From an uncultured delta proteobacterium (GTDB lineage: Bacteria; Desulfobacterota; Desulfomonilia; UBA1062): 64,000 nucleotides of DNA. Shown piece after piece: positions 10,397 through 20,838 of this stretch (position 1 is the stretch's first letter; each line of letters opens with the position of its first letter). The notes beneath the pieces are model-generated. The model did no database searches. It was not told the DNA's origin and worked only from the letters and a program-made list of their open reading frames with translations. The stretch covers positions 1 to 64,000 of the forward strand of contig CAVVYZ010000005.1 in the NCBI GenBank assembly GCA_963752595.1, given 5' to 3'. The position numbers and the translations under genes are program-made.

Positions 10397-11167
10397 ATGA
10401 AGATAAAGACCGACACTATCCTGGAACAATTGGGGCAAATCCTCCCCCTTGCCAGAGAAAATGCACCAGCTTCCGCTCTCCAGCCGCAAACTTCGTTTGC
10501 CGATGTGCTCCAAGACCTCGTGTCCAAGGCTGCCGAAGGGAAACCCGGCCTTGCCTCGCTGGATAAAGATCAGCTTTCCACCATGGTGGAGATGATGAGC
10601 CTTAAGATGTGCTATTCAGCGATGAACGCGCTCGGCAGGCTCGATCAGGAATCCGGAGAAGACTTCGCAGCCCCTGTTTCTCTCTTTTCGTCTCTCTCAT
10701 CTTCCCCTGGGATCAATTCGCCGGCACAGCCGGGAGGGATTGCGGGAACCGGCATCCGTCACCCGTCTTCTTCCCCTGCCCGTGGATCCGATTTCGATTC
10801 CATCATAGACAAAGCCTCGGAAACCTATCGTGTCGACCGGGACCTCATCCGGTCAGTCATCCGGGCGGAAAGCGGTTTCGATCCGGACGCCACCTCCCCC
10901 AAAGGAGCCATGGGGCTCATGCAGCTCATGCCGGATACGGCCAGTGGCCTCGGGGTGAAAAATGCATACAACCCTGAGGAAAATATCATGGCAGGGACAC
11001 GCTATTTGAAGTATCTCATCGACAGGTACGATGGCAATGTGCCCATCGCCCTTGCCGCTTACAACTGGGGCATGGGGAATGTGGAACGCGGCACCGGAAG
11101 ATACCCCGAAGAGACCCGCGGCTATGTCGCAAGAATCATGAGGGACTTCCGCCGCGGCAACGTCTAG
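10397..11167 (+). CDS. Lytic transglycosylase (SLT domain)
   Basis: IRAESGFDPDATSPKGAMGLMQLMP, ALAAYNWG and ETRGYV. Confidence 0.9.
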   Translation: MKIKTDTILEQLGQILPLARENAPASALQPQTSFADVLQDLVSKAAEGKPGLASLDKDQLSTMVEMMSLKMCYSAMNALGRLDQESGEDFAAPVSLFSSLSSSPGINSPAQPGGIAGTGIRHPSSSPARGSDFDSIIDKASETYRVDRDLIRSVIRAESGFDPDATSPKGAMGLMQLMPDTASGLGVKNAYNPEENIMAGTRYLKYLIDRYDGNVPIALAAYNWGMGNVERGTGRYPEETRGYVARIMRDFRRGNV

Positions 11168-11183
11168 GGTTGCTGTTCTTTTC

Positions 11184-11798
11184 TCAATCAGTCTTCGGCG
11201 TTGCAATCCCCGCTTCTTTTCTGATCTTCCCGATATCGAGGCCGTTGATCCACGGCGCGAGATTGATCCATACCTCGTGGAACCCGAACCCACCTTCGGT
11301 CATCTCCCGGATTGCCTCCTCCTTGGTCCATCCTTGGACCGCAATGCGATAGAGGGCGACCATCGCGCCGGTCCGGTCGGAGCCGTGAAAACAGTGGACG
11401 AGAACAGGCTTCTTCCCCGGATCGGTGACGATCTTGAGGAATCTTACAGCCTCCCCTTCCGTAGCATGCCAGGCTACCATGGGGATATGCTCGTACAAGA
11501 GCCCGGTATCGCCGATCTCATCACGGTCCGAATGGAAGGCACGCAGGTTGACGACCGTCTTTATCCCCATTATGTGAAGATTCTTCATGCCTTCGGCCGT
11601 GGGCTGCCCGCTCCGGTAGAGATCATCCGATACCTTGTGGAGGTTGGGGACCCCTTCCATCATGATCGGCCGAGCCCACCCGGCAGGCCTTGGGGCTCCT
11701 CCCGGCAGCTCCTGAGACCAGTTTGCAGCGCATGAAGACATGCCGCTCAGAAAAATCGAGCACAACATGACAAGGACACACACATACCTTCGATTCAT
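11184..11798 (-). CDS. Exported protein-tyrosine/dual-specificity phosphatase family protein
   Basis: PNLHKVSDDLYRSGQP and the P-loop VHCFHGSDRTG. Hydrophobic N-terminus. Start codon uncertain (11798, 11810 or 11837). Confidence 0.85.
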   Translation of the reverse strand: MNRRYVCVLVMLCSIFLSGMSSCAANWSQELPGGAPRPAGWARPIMMEGVPNLHKVSDDLYRSGQPTAEGMKNLHIMGIKTVVNLRAFHSDRDEIGDTGLLYEHIPMVAWHATEGEAVRFLKIVTDPGKKPVLVHCFHGSDRTGAMVALYRIAVQGWTKEEAIREMTEGGFGFHEVWINLAPWINGLDIGKIRKEAGIATPKTD

Positions 11799-12052
11799 TA
11801 CGCCATCCATATCCCATCTCTCCTGCCGGGTTTGCATTCCTTTAATATCCGGCAGATATCAGAAGAATCTGATGGGAGAATACCATCAGCATGCAGGCAA
11901 AGCAATGCGGGCAAGAGCTGAAGACTTCCCCGAATCCTTTTTACTCCATTATATCTATGAGTTATCATGGTAATCTCTTGCCACTCCTGTCCCCTATGCC
12001 TAATATTATTATTAAAAGTCTTTTATACTGTTCTAAACAAAAGGGGGCGGCC

Positions 12053-13528
12053 GTGAGAAAATATACCTGTTGGTTTTCAGTATTGACAGTGATCCTTACC
12101 TTGTCTGTCATTGGATGCACGAAACAGGACATTACATCAAACAAGCCTGAGATAACGAAAGAAAATCCTTCCTCCCAGGGAAGACCTCTCCTGACCGAAA
12201 GAGATTTCCGCGAGTCCATCATCGATGTTGCAAAGGCAAACATCCCGGCAGTGGTGCACATCGAAGTGACGCAGCGCCAGGAGATCGAGAACCCGCTGGC
12301 ACCGTTGTCTCCCTTTGAGAATGACCCGTTCTTCAGGCGGTTTTTCGATTTCCCCCAGATGCCCAAAAAGTTCAAACGGGAGCTCCGGGGGATCGGAACA
12401 GGTATGATTATCAACAAAGACGGCTATATACTCACGAATTACCATGTGGTAGCAGGGGCAAACGAGATACAGGTAATCCTCTCTGACGAGAGGCAGTATA
12501 CTGCGAAGGTTATCGGCTCCGACCAGAAAACGGATCTGGCAGTGATAAGAATTCCTTCCAATGAAATACTCCCCACGGTCATCTTCGGCGACTCGGATAA
12601 GGTCGAGGTCGGGGAGTGGGTCGTCTCCATCGGCCATCCCCGAGGCCTTGACCAGACAGTGACCCAGGGCATCATCAGTGCCAAGCACCGGCAGGGGATA
12701 ACCGATCCGAGCACCTATCAGGATTTTCTCCAGACAGATGCGGCAATCAACCCGGGAAACAGCGGCGGCCCTTTGCTGAACCTCGACGGACAGGTGATCG
12801 GGGTCAACTCAATCATCGCTTCGCAGTCGGGCGGCTTTGAGGGGATCGGGTTCGCCATACCCAGCAATATGGCCATCCACATATCCAATTCACTGATGGC
12901 TTCGGGCAAGGTAGAGCGGGGCTGGGTCGGTCTCACTCTGCAGGATATCCCCTTTGAAAAGCTCAAAAAGCTCAAGCTCGAGTCGACCAGGGGCGCTTAT
13001 GTCGTGGATGTGGTGAAAGGCGGCCCTGCGTATGGTGCAGGGATCAAGTCCGGAGATGTCATCCTTTCCGTTGATGGGAAAAATATCGCGGATTCAGGCG
13101 AACTGAGGAACCTGGTTGCCGGTACCCCCATCGGGAAAGAGGTCAAGCTCGGGATCATGCGGGGCGGCAAGCGGATGAACGCCCCGGTAAAAATCGGGAA
13201 CCCGGCAGAGGCGGCAAAGATCATGGCCGCATCCATACGGGAAAGGCTGGGAGTGGACGTGAGGCCGGTCAGTGAAAATGAGGCGGGCAAGTACGGCATT
13301 CAGCCGGGAGTGGGAGCCGTCATCACCCGTCTTGACCCGAAGGGACCACTGGCCGCTGCGGGCTTCGAAACCAACGATGTACTCCTGCAGGTAGAAGACC
13401 AGCCCATTGACAGCGTGGAGGGATTTGGGTCCATCGTGAGTGTCCTGAAACCGGGACAGACGATCGACGTGATCGTCGCCGATCACCGGACCGGCCGTCT
13501 CGGCAGCATCAAGGTGCAGGTGCGGTAA
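12053..13528 (+). CDS. degP: Periplasmic serine endoprotease DegP/HtrA (Do family), two PDZ domains
   Basis: TNYHVV, DLAVI, QTDAAINPGNSGGPL and two PDZ domains. GTG start with the lipobox-like LSVIGC. Confidence 0.9.
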   Translation: MRKYTCWFSVLTVILTLSVIGCTKQDITSNKPEITKENPSSQGRPLLTERDFRESIIDVAKANIPAVVHIEVTQRQEIENPLAPLSPFENDPFFRRFFDFPQMPKKFKRELRGIGTGMIINKDGYILTNYHVVAGANEIQVILSDERQYTAKVIGSDQKTDLAVIRIPSNEILPTVIFGDSDKVEVGEWVVSIGHPRGLDQTVTQGIISAKHRQGITDPSTYQDFLQTDAAINPGNSGGPLLNLDGQVIGVNSIIASQSGGFEGIGFAIPSNMAIHISNSLMASGKVERGWVGLTLQDIPFEKLKKLKLESTRGAYVVDVVKGGPAYGAGIKSGDVILSVDGKNIADSGELRNLVAGTPIGKEVKLGIMRGGKRMNAPVKIGNPAEAAKIMAASIRERLGVDVRPVSENEAGKYGIQPGVGAVITRLDPKGPLAAAGFETNDVLLQVEDQPIDSVEGFGSIVSVLKPGQTIDVIVADHRTGRLGSIKVQVR

Positions 13529-13542
13529 GAATACTAAGTCGA

Positions 13543-15282
13543 TCAGCGTGATGCAGCCTGCGGAATGAGCGCCTTCTGCGGGATCGTTCGCGGCTTGTCC
13601 TGGGCGCATGCGAGTTTTTCCAGTTCGAGTGCCCCGGCATTCTTCTCGTAGAATGTGCTGGGCTCATACGTCCACCCGCTCTGGAGCCTTTTCTGCTCTC
13701 TGCCGATGGCGTAATATCCGAAGATTCCCATCAGCGGGGCAATGATCCGGGTTTTCCAACCGAACTCTGCATAAATGTCGCTTAATATCGCTCCGATCTT
13801 CGCATGCATCCTTTTATCGCCCCGGTACCACCTCTTCATCGCCCAGAGAGCTGCGGCATAGGTTGTCTTGAGAGAATTCACTTCCCTCTGGAAGCGCTTG
13901 CGGATGTTCTTGTCCGGATGATGCTTATACCGTTTCCACCCCGTGATCATGGTGCGGATCATCCTGACAAGACTCGGCCCGTTGGTCTCGAAGTCTCTGC
14001 GGAAGGCGGTGCGGAGGAACTCTGTCTCGAGGCCGTCCCTTATATGCCCATGGCGATAGTTGAACCGGTACTGGCCGTGGCTGTCGGCAGCAGGGACTTC
14101 GTCTTCGCCGAGCAGGGTGCCGTTTTCCCGGTGATACTCGTACAAGGGCGTGCCCGGGATGGGTGTATAGAGCATGAACTGATGGAATACCGTGTCGTGG
14201 CTCACCGCATAATCGATGACCTTCTCGATGTTCTCAGGGGTGTGGTCTTCCAGCCCGATAATGGTCGATCCCAGGACTCGGATGCCGTGGGACTGAAGCT
14301 CCTGCACAAGAGTCCTGGTCTGAACACCGCTGAGCTTCGCGTATGCGCTTTTTTCCCCTTCGAGCCCCATCCAGACCCAGGATATGCCCAGGCGTACCAG
14401 TTGCTCGATGGTGTATGACCGCAATACCCGTGCCGAAGAGAACACGAAGAGAGACCAAGACTTGTCGTTCTCCTTCATGAGATCCAGGAGCCGGAGTGCC
14501 CTGCCGCGCTGGAGGAGGAAATTTTCATCCATGATGAAAAACGAGCTCACTTTGAGGTTCTTCTCGATATCGCACATGACCGTATAGAGGTCGTCGCCCG
14601 TTTCGTAGAAGTTGATGAACTTGCCCTTTCCGCCAAAGAGCGCGGAGGTGGAGCAGAAGTTACACCCCATAGGGCATCCGACCGAGGGGATGAGGATCGC
14701 CGCCGTGTCTCCCTGCTTGTTCGTTGGGGCCACGCCCATGATGCGGGTGCCGTATCCGGACAGCTCGTGCGGGTGCTTCACCGGGGCATTTTCATCCAGG
14801 CCTAAGAATTTCCGGAACCAGCGGATGCCGTCTCCCTTGCAGATATGGTCTGCATCGATCCTGTCTTTCAGACCGGGCATGCTCGCAATATGGCCCCCCA
14901 CGACGATCGTGGCCTTGGGATGATAGGCCCGGATGAGCTCGCACATCTTTTTCACTTTGCCGACGTTCGGCATGATGGCGCTGATACCGACGATGTCATA
15001 CGTATGACCGGTGAGCTCATCGACAAAGCGGTCCTGATCGGGAAAATCGAGCAGGGTGCACGGTGCATCGAGGTTTTCCTTGATCATCATCAACCCGAAC
15101 GACCTGTGAAACATACGGAGAGAGAATGGTCCCTGCTCCCTCGTGACCTGGTTATGGTAGAGCTCCATGGGATTGATCTTCCGGCTTCCATACTCATCAT
15201 CCTGCGCATATGGTCCGAACACGCTCGTCAGCAGGATATTCGCCTTTGATCCGAGGGAATGTACAGGGGATTGTGAGTTCAT
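13543..15282 (-). CDS. Cobalamin-binding radical SAM protein (class B type)
   Basis: B12-binding segment DIVGIS..IVVGGH..GDG, then GCPMGCNFCS (CxxxCxxC), DENF and TPIPGTPLY. Confidence 0.85.
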   Translation of the reverse strand: MNSQSPVHSLGSKANILLTSVFGPYAQDDEYGSRKINPMELYHNQVTREQGPFSLRMFHRSFGLMMIKENLDAPCTLLDFPDQDRFVDELTGHTYDIVGISAIMPNVGKVKKMCELIRAYHPKATIVVGGHIASMPGLKDRIDADHICKGDGIRWFRKFLGLDENAPVKHPHELSGYGTRIMGVAPTNKQGDTAAILIPSVGCPMGCNFCSTSALFGGKGKFINFYETGDDLYTVMCDIEKNLKVSSFFIMDENFLLQRGRALRLLDLMKENDKSWSLFVFSSARVLRSYTIEQLVRLGISWVWMGLEGEKSAYAKLSGVQTRTLVQELQSHGIRVLGSTIIGLEDHTPENIEKVIDYAVSHDTVFHQFMLYTPIPGTPLYEYHRENGTLLGEDEVPAADSHGQYRFNYRHGHIRDGLETEFLRTAFRRDFETNGPSLVRMIRTMITGWKRYKHHPDKNIRKRFQREVNSLKTTYAAALWAMKRWYRGDKRMHAKIGAILSDIYAEFGWKTRIIAPLMGIFGYYAIGREQKRLQSGWTYEPSTFYEKNAGALELEKLACAQDKPRTIPQKALIPQAASR

Positions 15283-15450
15283 CTTGAGCAGTTCTCCTTC
15301 GTGATGTTCTGATGATTTCATTTAAGGTACCATAGAGCAGCCCACATGCTGGAAACAACTTAAATAATTGATTTGATATTAGAATTACACTTTGCTTACA
15401 AATATTTTACATTGGATGCATAACCTGCCGGAAACTCTGCTTCTTGCCTT

Positions 15451-16218
15451 TCAATGTTTCTTCCCATGCAGATAGCGGCCGAACAGGACATAGCCTGCCC
15501 AAATAAGCGCTGCGGCCATAATGATATCCCCTATGACAAGGGATGAGAGTGCGATTCCATGGCTGTGCCCGACAAGGCCGATCTCGGTGAGAATGTATTC
15601 CCAGTCGTGAAAGCCATAGGGTGCGGTGCTGCCGGTGTTCCCGCCCAGCAGGGGCAGCTCCAGCCGGTTTGAATCATTGATATAGGGAGCGATGTCCATG
15701 AAGTTCACACCCAGCCACCAGAGGCATACTGCAGCGCCGAAACTGTCCCGTGTCTTGACGAGAAACGTGACCATGCAGATAACGGGCATCAGGAGCTGGC
15801 CGAGGGTGCCGCCCAGCGAGGTCATGAACCGCCCCAGCACGCGGAAGAAAATATGGCCCGCCTCATGGAACGGGAGGTCCACGAGGTGAAGGAAAGTGTT
15901 TAACCCGGACAAGTCCTCAAGAGAAGCGAACATGAATTTCAAACCCAGAGCCAGGATGCCGAGAAACACGATCACTCTGCCCCCGAAGTAAAAGGGGTTC
16001 CCCGCATCCTGATCCGGCAAGGACGAATTCTCAAAAAGACTCTGCTCTGAAGACCGACCCAGGCTGTTCATCTGCCCTGTCTGTATCTCTTGATCCGACC
16101 CGGCTCTTTTACCGGCGTCACCCGCAAGCCGTCTCAGGTATTTTTCGAACACGATGCCGCAATGCAGGCACTCGGCAACGCCGTCGGCCTGCTCAAAACC
16201 GCATTTCGGGCATTTCAT
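15451..16218 (-). CDS. Zinc-ribbon membrane protein with an M50-like HExGH motif
   Basis: CPKC..CLHC N-terminus, several TM helices, FHEAGH and HDW. Confidence 0.7.
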   Translation of the reverse strand: MKCPKCGFEQADGVAECLHCGIVFEKYLRRLAGDAGKRAGSDQEIQTGQMNSLGRSSEQSLFENSSLPDQDAGNPFYFGGRVIVFLGILALGLKFMFASLEDLSGLNTFLHLVDLPFHEAGHIFFRVLGRFMTSLGGTLGQLLMPVICMVTFLVKTRDSFGAAVCLWWLGVNFMDIAPYINDSNRLELPLLGGNTGSTAPYGFHDWEYILTEIGLVGHSHGIALSSLVIGDIIMAAALIWAGYVLFGRYLHGKKH

Positions 16219-16604
16219 CGAATGCCCCGGTGGTAGATATTATTCATTATTCGTTCTTTTCGTATTACCGGTTAGAAAAAATGAGTTTGTCAGGGAAACA
16301 TTTCCGATCCGGCAAACCGGCATACCAATATTCCCCAACCCTTTACAGCTAAACAACCCTCACCTGTAAGTGAAATATTTCAATGACCCCCGCCAGAGAC
16401 AATAAAGTATGGCCCCTGGTTCTCGTTCTTCTCATGAGAGGGATATATAGATGATCCATAAGCAAAAAATGAAACGCTCCAATTGATATGAGCGAATGTG
16501 GAAGAAAGTACTGGACAAGTACCTTGAGATATTAATTATAATAGAATTATTGTCGATTAATATTCATTCGGGCACCACACAAAAAAAGCACTCGAGGAGA
16601 TTTT

Positions 16605-17414
16605 ATGGTTGAACGCAATGAATATGTGATGGAAGATCCTGAAGAAGCTGTAAGGCTTGACATCAAGATGGACGCCGAAGCTGTTAGAAAACAGGCTTTG
16701 ATGTGCGGAATATTCCCCGGTGCACGAGTTCTCGATGCCGGATGCGGTTCGGGAAAGGCTTCATCTGTTTTCCATTCCTTGACCCAACCCGGAGGCCAGG
16801 TAATAGGAATTGATTTTTCGCAAGCCAGGATCGATTTCGCAAAAAGCCATTATGAAAATGAAGGCACTCATTTCCATCTGATGGATCTGAGAAGTTCTTT
16901 GGAAGAGATCGGCTCTTTTGATTTCATCTGGATGCGGTTCGTGCTTGAGCATTATCTGAATGGAGCAACGGACATTATAAAAAATGTCGCCTCCTCACTG
17001 AAACCGGATGGCATCATGTGCTTGCTTGACCTTGATTACAACTGCCTGAGTCATTACCCCATGACCGGAGATATGGATAAAACACTGCATAAGCTCGTTG
17101 AGAGGATGATGGAGAAACACAACTTCGATCCATTTGTAGGAAGAAAGATGTATTCTTACATGTATGATCTTGGGTTCAGAGACATTCAGATCCACATGGC
17201 GCCGCATCATCTTATTTACGGTGAGCTTAAGGATGTTGATGACTTCAACTGGATAAAAAAAATTCAAATGGCATCCAGAAAAGCCCATGACCTTTTTGAG
17301 AATTACCCTGGGGGATATGATGCTTTTTTTCATGATTTCAATACCTTTTTCCATGATCCGAGACGTTTTACCTACACACCACTCATAATCTGTACCGGCA
17401 AAAAACCTTTGTAA
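16605..17414 (+). CDS. Class I SAM-dependent methyltransferase
   Basis: VLDAGCGSG, GIDFS, FDFIWMRFVLEH and LKPDG. SD GAGGAG. Confidence 0.9.
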   Translation: MVERNEYVMEDPEEAVRLDIKMDAEAVRKQALMCGIFPGARVLDAGCGSGKASSVFHSLTQPGGQVIGIDFSQARIDFAKSHYENEGTHFHLMDLRSSLEEIGSFDFIWMRFVLEHYLNGATDIIKNVASSLKPDGIMCLLDLDYNCLSHYPMTGDMDKTLHKLVERMMEKHNFDPFVGRKMYSYMYDLGFRDIQIHMAPHHLIYGELKDVDDFNWIKKIQMASRKAHDLFENYPGGYDAFFHDFNTFFHDPRRFTYTPLIICTGKKPL

Positions 17415-17619
17415 GCAGAAGGCGCAGCCTGTGGACTGGGGGTTTGATTATATTTTTTAAAGAATCCCCTGCAACTGGCCGAAAAGGAGCCAGAAGATGA
17501 ATACCAGGCCATCCATCGTTTCATTGTTAATTAGATTATGTTATAATTGTATTACAATATAACTACCATGAAAAAACGTATTTGAATATTAGCTACTTCC
17601 ATCAGGGGGGAATGCTTTA

Positions 17620-18453
17620 ATGACTATGCGCTTAAATTACGCCAACTGGAAAACTGATAATAAATCCATCCTCGAAACGCTTTCTGACAAAAAAGTTTTG
17701 ATGGCATTCTCCGGGGGCAAGGACTGCTCTATCGTGCTGCATTATCTATACCTGGCTGGAAAGGATTTCGGTTTTGAGTTTGAAGCAGTCGGCGCAACGT
17801 ATCCTAATCATGTATATCCCCCTGAAGAAACAAAAAGGCTCAGTGATTACTGGCATTCACGCAATATAGATATTAATTGGATAAGCCCCGGCCAATCAGA
17901 TTCGGTTATGGAAGAAGCCGAGCAAGAAGGGAAAAGCGCGTGCCGTGTCTGCCAGAACAAAAAAAGAACCATGTTGGGCAGTTACTTAAAAAGGTTTGAG
18001 CAAAGTAATAAAGAAATTGTGATTGTTATCAGCTTCACATTATGGGACATAGTTACCTACTCTGTTGAATATATGCTGGGAGGGATATTCAAGCCGGATG
18101 ACAAAACCACAACCTCCGGTGACATGATTACCGATGACAGGATTAAACAGACATCCCATCGTTTTTACCAATTTTTTAAAATACAGGATGGTCTTTCCAT
18201 CTTCAAGCCTTTGATCAAATATAACGACGAGGAAATTCGAAAAGCAGTATCGGAAGCAAATGTTCCATTTTCAGATATTGATTGTAAGTACAAAAATACC
18301 AGAACAAAACGGGTTTTATTTGATTACTACAAACAGATGAACCTGTCTTTTGATTATGACAAGGTCCTCAACTTCTATGAGAAGACCCTTAAACTCCATG
18401 ACTTGTCATTTTATACAGGGTTGGATAAAGAAAATCTCATTAAGATTCTATGA
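17620..18453 (+). CDS. PP-loop (adenine nucleotide alpha hydrolase) ATPase, TtcA-like but non-canonical
   Basis: AFSGGKDC P-loop, one CxxC (CRVC) and IFKPL. Confidence 0.75.
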   Translation: MTMRLNYANWKTDNKSILETLSDKKVLMAFSGGKDCSIVLHYLYLAGKDFGFEFEAVGATYPNHVYPPEETKRLSDYWHSRNIDINWISPGQSDSVMEEAEQEGKSACRVCQNKKRTMLGSYLKRFEQSNKEIVIVISFTLWDIVTYSVEYMLGGIFKPDDKTTTSGDMITDDRIKQTSHRFYQFFKIQDGLSIFKPLIKYNDEEIRKAVSEANVPFSDIDCKYKNTRTKRVLFDYYKQMNLSFDYDKVLNFYEKTLKLHDLSFYTGLDKENLIKIL

Positions 18454-18590
18454 GCGACGTTATTAAAATATTTCAGGTCTTATTCTAAGTGTCTAGGTTA
18501 ATGATATTGTTATTGTATCTTGTTGATTATATCAATGCGCAGATAAGGTTGACCATGTCGGACGTTTTATAATTTCCTAGGAGACGTGAA

Positions 18591-20690
18591 ATGCCACATA
18601 AAAAACCTGCATTTGAATCATTTCTAGATGAACCCAAAAGTACAAAAGATCAATCTTCCGTTCCTGTAATCTCTTTCAGTCGCAATAACCTATCGAAGTA
18701 TTCTTCAGAATCGGTGAGCCAGAAGAAATTCATAAATGTTCTCAATTATATTCATTTTTCAGAAGGACAGCTCTTCCTTCAGGCAAACCCTAAAGGCAGT
18801 AAGCACGACTTTCTGATACGAGTACTCCCTGATCCTTGCCAAGGGGATGAAGTGACCTGCAGGTTCCTTGAAGAGTCTATCGATGAAGTCAAGGATCTTA
18901 CTTTGAAAAATCTAATTATCGATGATGGAAAGTCAATACTCTGCATGCCGATAAACATACTCGCTGCTTCGAATAAGAGTATTACTGCTAAGATGAAAAG
19001 TAAATGCTTCGCCTTCAGTGATAGGCAATCAAAGAGATTTCGTTCTCTTATGGTAAATGTGAAGATTCAGAACGGTAGCATTGAAGCAGAGGGAAGCATT
19101 GATGATTTCAGTTCCTCCGGGTTTCGGATACATATAAAGGATATACCAATCAATGCATTTAATCTGGCAAAGAATTTTACAATAGAACTCTCTAAAAAAG
19201 GTGAAATAATATTTTCAGGAATTTGCTGGTCCGTACGTACAGATACAAAGGTAAATTCTATTGTCCTTACCCCTTACGAAGACCAGAGAAATGTATCCAA
19301 GAAACGAAAGTTGCGCAACCCTCGTTTGAATCTTGTACCAACACCCAAGATATCATTTATTCATCCAGTTACAGGTAGAACAGTTACCTATGAAATTTTC
19401 GATATAACAACAGCCGGATTTTCTGTCTTCGAAGATACCGAGAGCTCTTTATTATTTCCGGGGCTGATCATCCATGATGCAACAATTCAATTTGCGGGGG
19501 GATTTAAGCTAAGATGTACAACCCAGATAGTTTATTATTTAAAACATAAGAAAAAAATCAAGCGCCATGGCTTTGCAATAATCGATATGGACATGAAAAC
19601 TTATAATGAATTGTTCGATATATTGAGCAGCGCACATGATATACATGCAAATTTTACTCGAGAAATCGACATGGAATCTCTTTGGAGATTTTTCTTTGAA
19701 TCAGGGTTTATATATCCTAAAAAATACTTATCACTTTGTAAATATAAAGATTATTTTAAAAAAACATACGAAAAATTATATCGCAATAGTCCAGATGTAT
19801 TTGGCAGCTTTACTTATCAGAAAAATGGAATGATGTATGGCCATGTATCCATAATTAAAGCATATCATCGCACATGGATGATTCATCACTTAGCAGCAAA
19901 ATCAATGGGAAGAAAACGTACGGGGTTGTATATACTCAATCATGTACTTAATTATTTTGATGGTCTCTATCGCATGCCTTCCGTTAACATGGATTTTATG
20001 ATCTTCTATTTTAGACCTGATAATAAATTTCCAGATTATTTCTTTGGTGGTTTTTGCAGGGCACTTAAGAATCCTAAGGCATGTTCGATGGATCAATTCG
20101 CTTATCTTACATGTGCAATCCAACATAATGATACACTTCCGAATGGATGGGAGTTTTGTGAAAGTAATGAAAGCGATGTCGATGAATTTGAGCAGTGGTA
20201 TGACGACTTTTCTGGTGGACTCATGATTAAGTCCTTTTGCCTTAAAAGTTCGGATGCTGGTGAACCACTGGAAGATATGTATTCAAGAGTAAATCTTAAA
20301 AGGAAGTATTACCTCTCAAAGCTGACCCATAAGAGAAAGGTCAAGGCATATTTCCTGGTTGACCTATCTGATCTTGGAATGAATCTTTCAGATCTCTTAA
20401 ACAGCATAAAAATATTTGTAGTCGACAAGACATATTTATCTTGGGACACTATCAGGAAGGCAATAAATCTCGTGGGAAATGAATGCAATGAGGAGAAAAT
20501 GACTGTAATGGTGTATCCGGTCTCTTTTGCAAACGACTCAAAGATTGAATACGAGAAAAAATACAACCTTTGGGTACTCAATTCGCAATATGGGGATGAT
20601 TATTGTGAGCATCTTAAAAATAAAGCTAAGTTCAGTACTGGTAAATATATTCTTGGTTATCTGAAATCGAAAGTGACCGGAAGATCCTAA
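18591..20690 (+). CDS. Tandem PilZ-domain protein with a large C-terminal putative enzyme (GNAT-like?) domain
   Basis: PilZ-1 motifs RQSKR and DFSSSG; degenerate PilZ-2 motifs RNPR and DITTAG; about 350-aa C-terminal region (FFESGFIYPKKY, GHVSII..WMIHH, YFRPDNKFP). Confidence 0.65.
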   Translation: MPHKKPAFESFLDEPKSTKDQSSVPVISFSRNNLSKYSSESVSQKKFINVLNYIHFSEGQLFLQANPKGSKHDFLIRVLPDPCQGDEVTCRFLEESIDEVKDLTLKNLIIDDGKSILCMPINILAASNKSITAKMKSKCFAFSDRQSKRFRSLMVNVKIQNGSIEAEGSIDDFSSSGFRIHIKDIPINAFNLAKNFTIELSKKGEIIFSGICWSVRTDTKVNSIVLTPYEDQRNVSKKRKLRNPRLNLVPTPKISFIHPVTGRTVTYEIFDITTAGFSVFEDTESSLLFPGLIIHDATIQFAGGFKLRCTTQIVYYLKHKKKIKRHGFAIIDMDMKTYNELFDILSSAHDIHANFTREIDMESLWRFFFESGFIYPKKYLSLCKYKDYFKKTYEKLYRNSPDVFGSFTYQKNGMMYGHVSIIKAYHRTWMIHHLAAKSMGRKRTGLYILNHVLNYFDGLYRMPSVNMDFMIFYFRPDNKFPDYFFGGFCRALKNPKACSMDQFAYLTCAIQHNDTLPNGWEFCESNESDVDEFEQWYDDFSGGLMIKSFCLKSSDAGEPLEDMYSRVNLKRKYYLSKLTHKRKVKAYFLVDLSDLGMNLSDLLNSIKIFVVDKTYLSWDTIRKAINLVGNECNEEKMTVMVYPVSFANDSKIEYEKKYNLWVLNSQYGDDYCEHLKNKAKFSTGKYILGYLKSKVTGRS

Positions 20691-20838
20691 TATTATAGCA
20701 CTTCACATATAATTTACTGCGTAACAATTTTTTATCAACTTCCCGATATAATACAGGAGAGTTGTAACACTATGTAGAAATGCTCCTGTGCATTTAATGG
20801 GAAAGTTAAATGGTTAATGTTAACAGTATATTAAGATA

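Noticed and set aside
10397-11167. SLT gene as a prophage or conjugation marker
   Set aside because: No phage, type IV secretion or integrase genes nearby. It looks like a stand-alone chromosomal transglycosylase.
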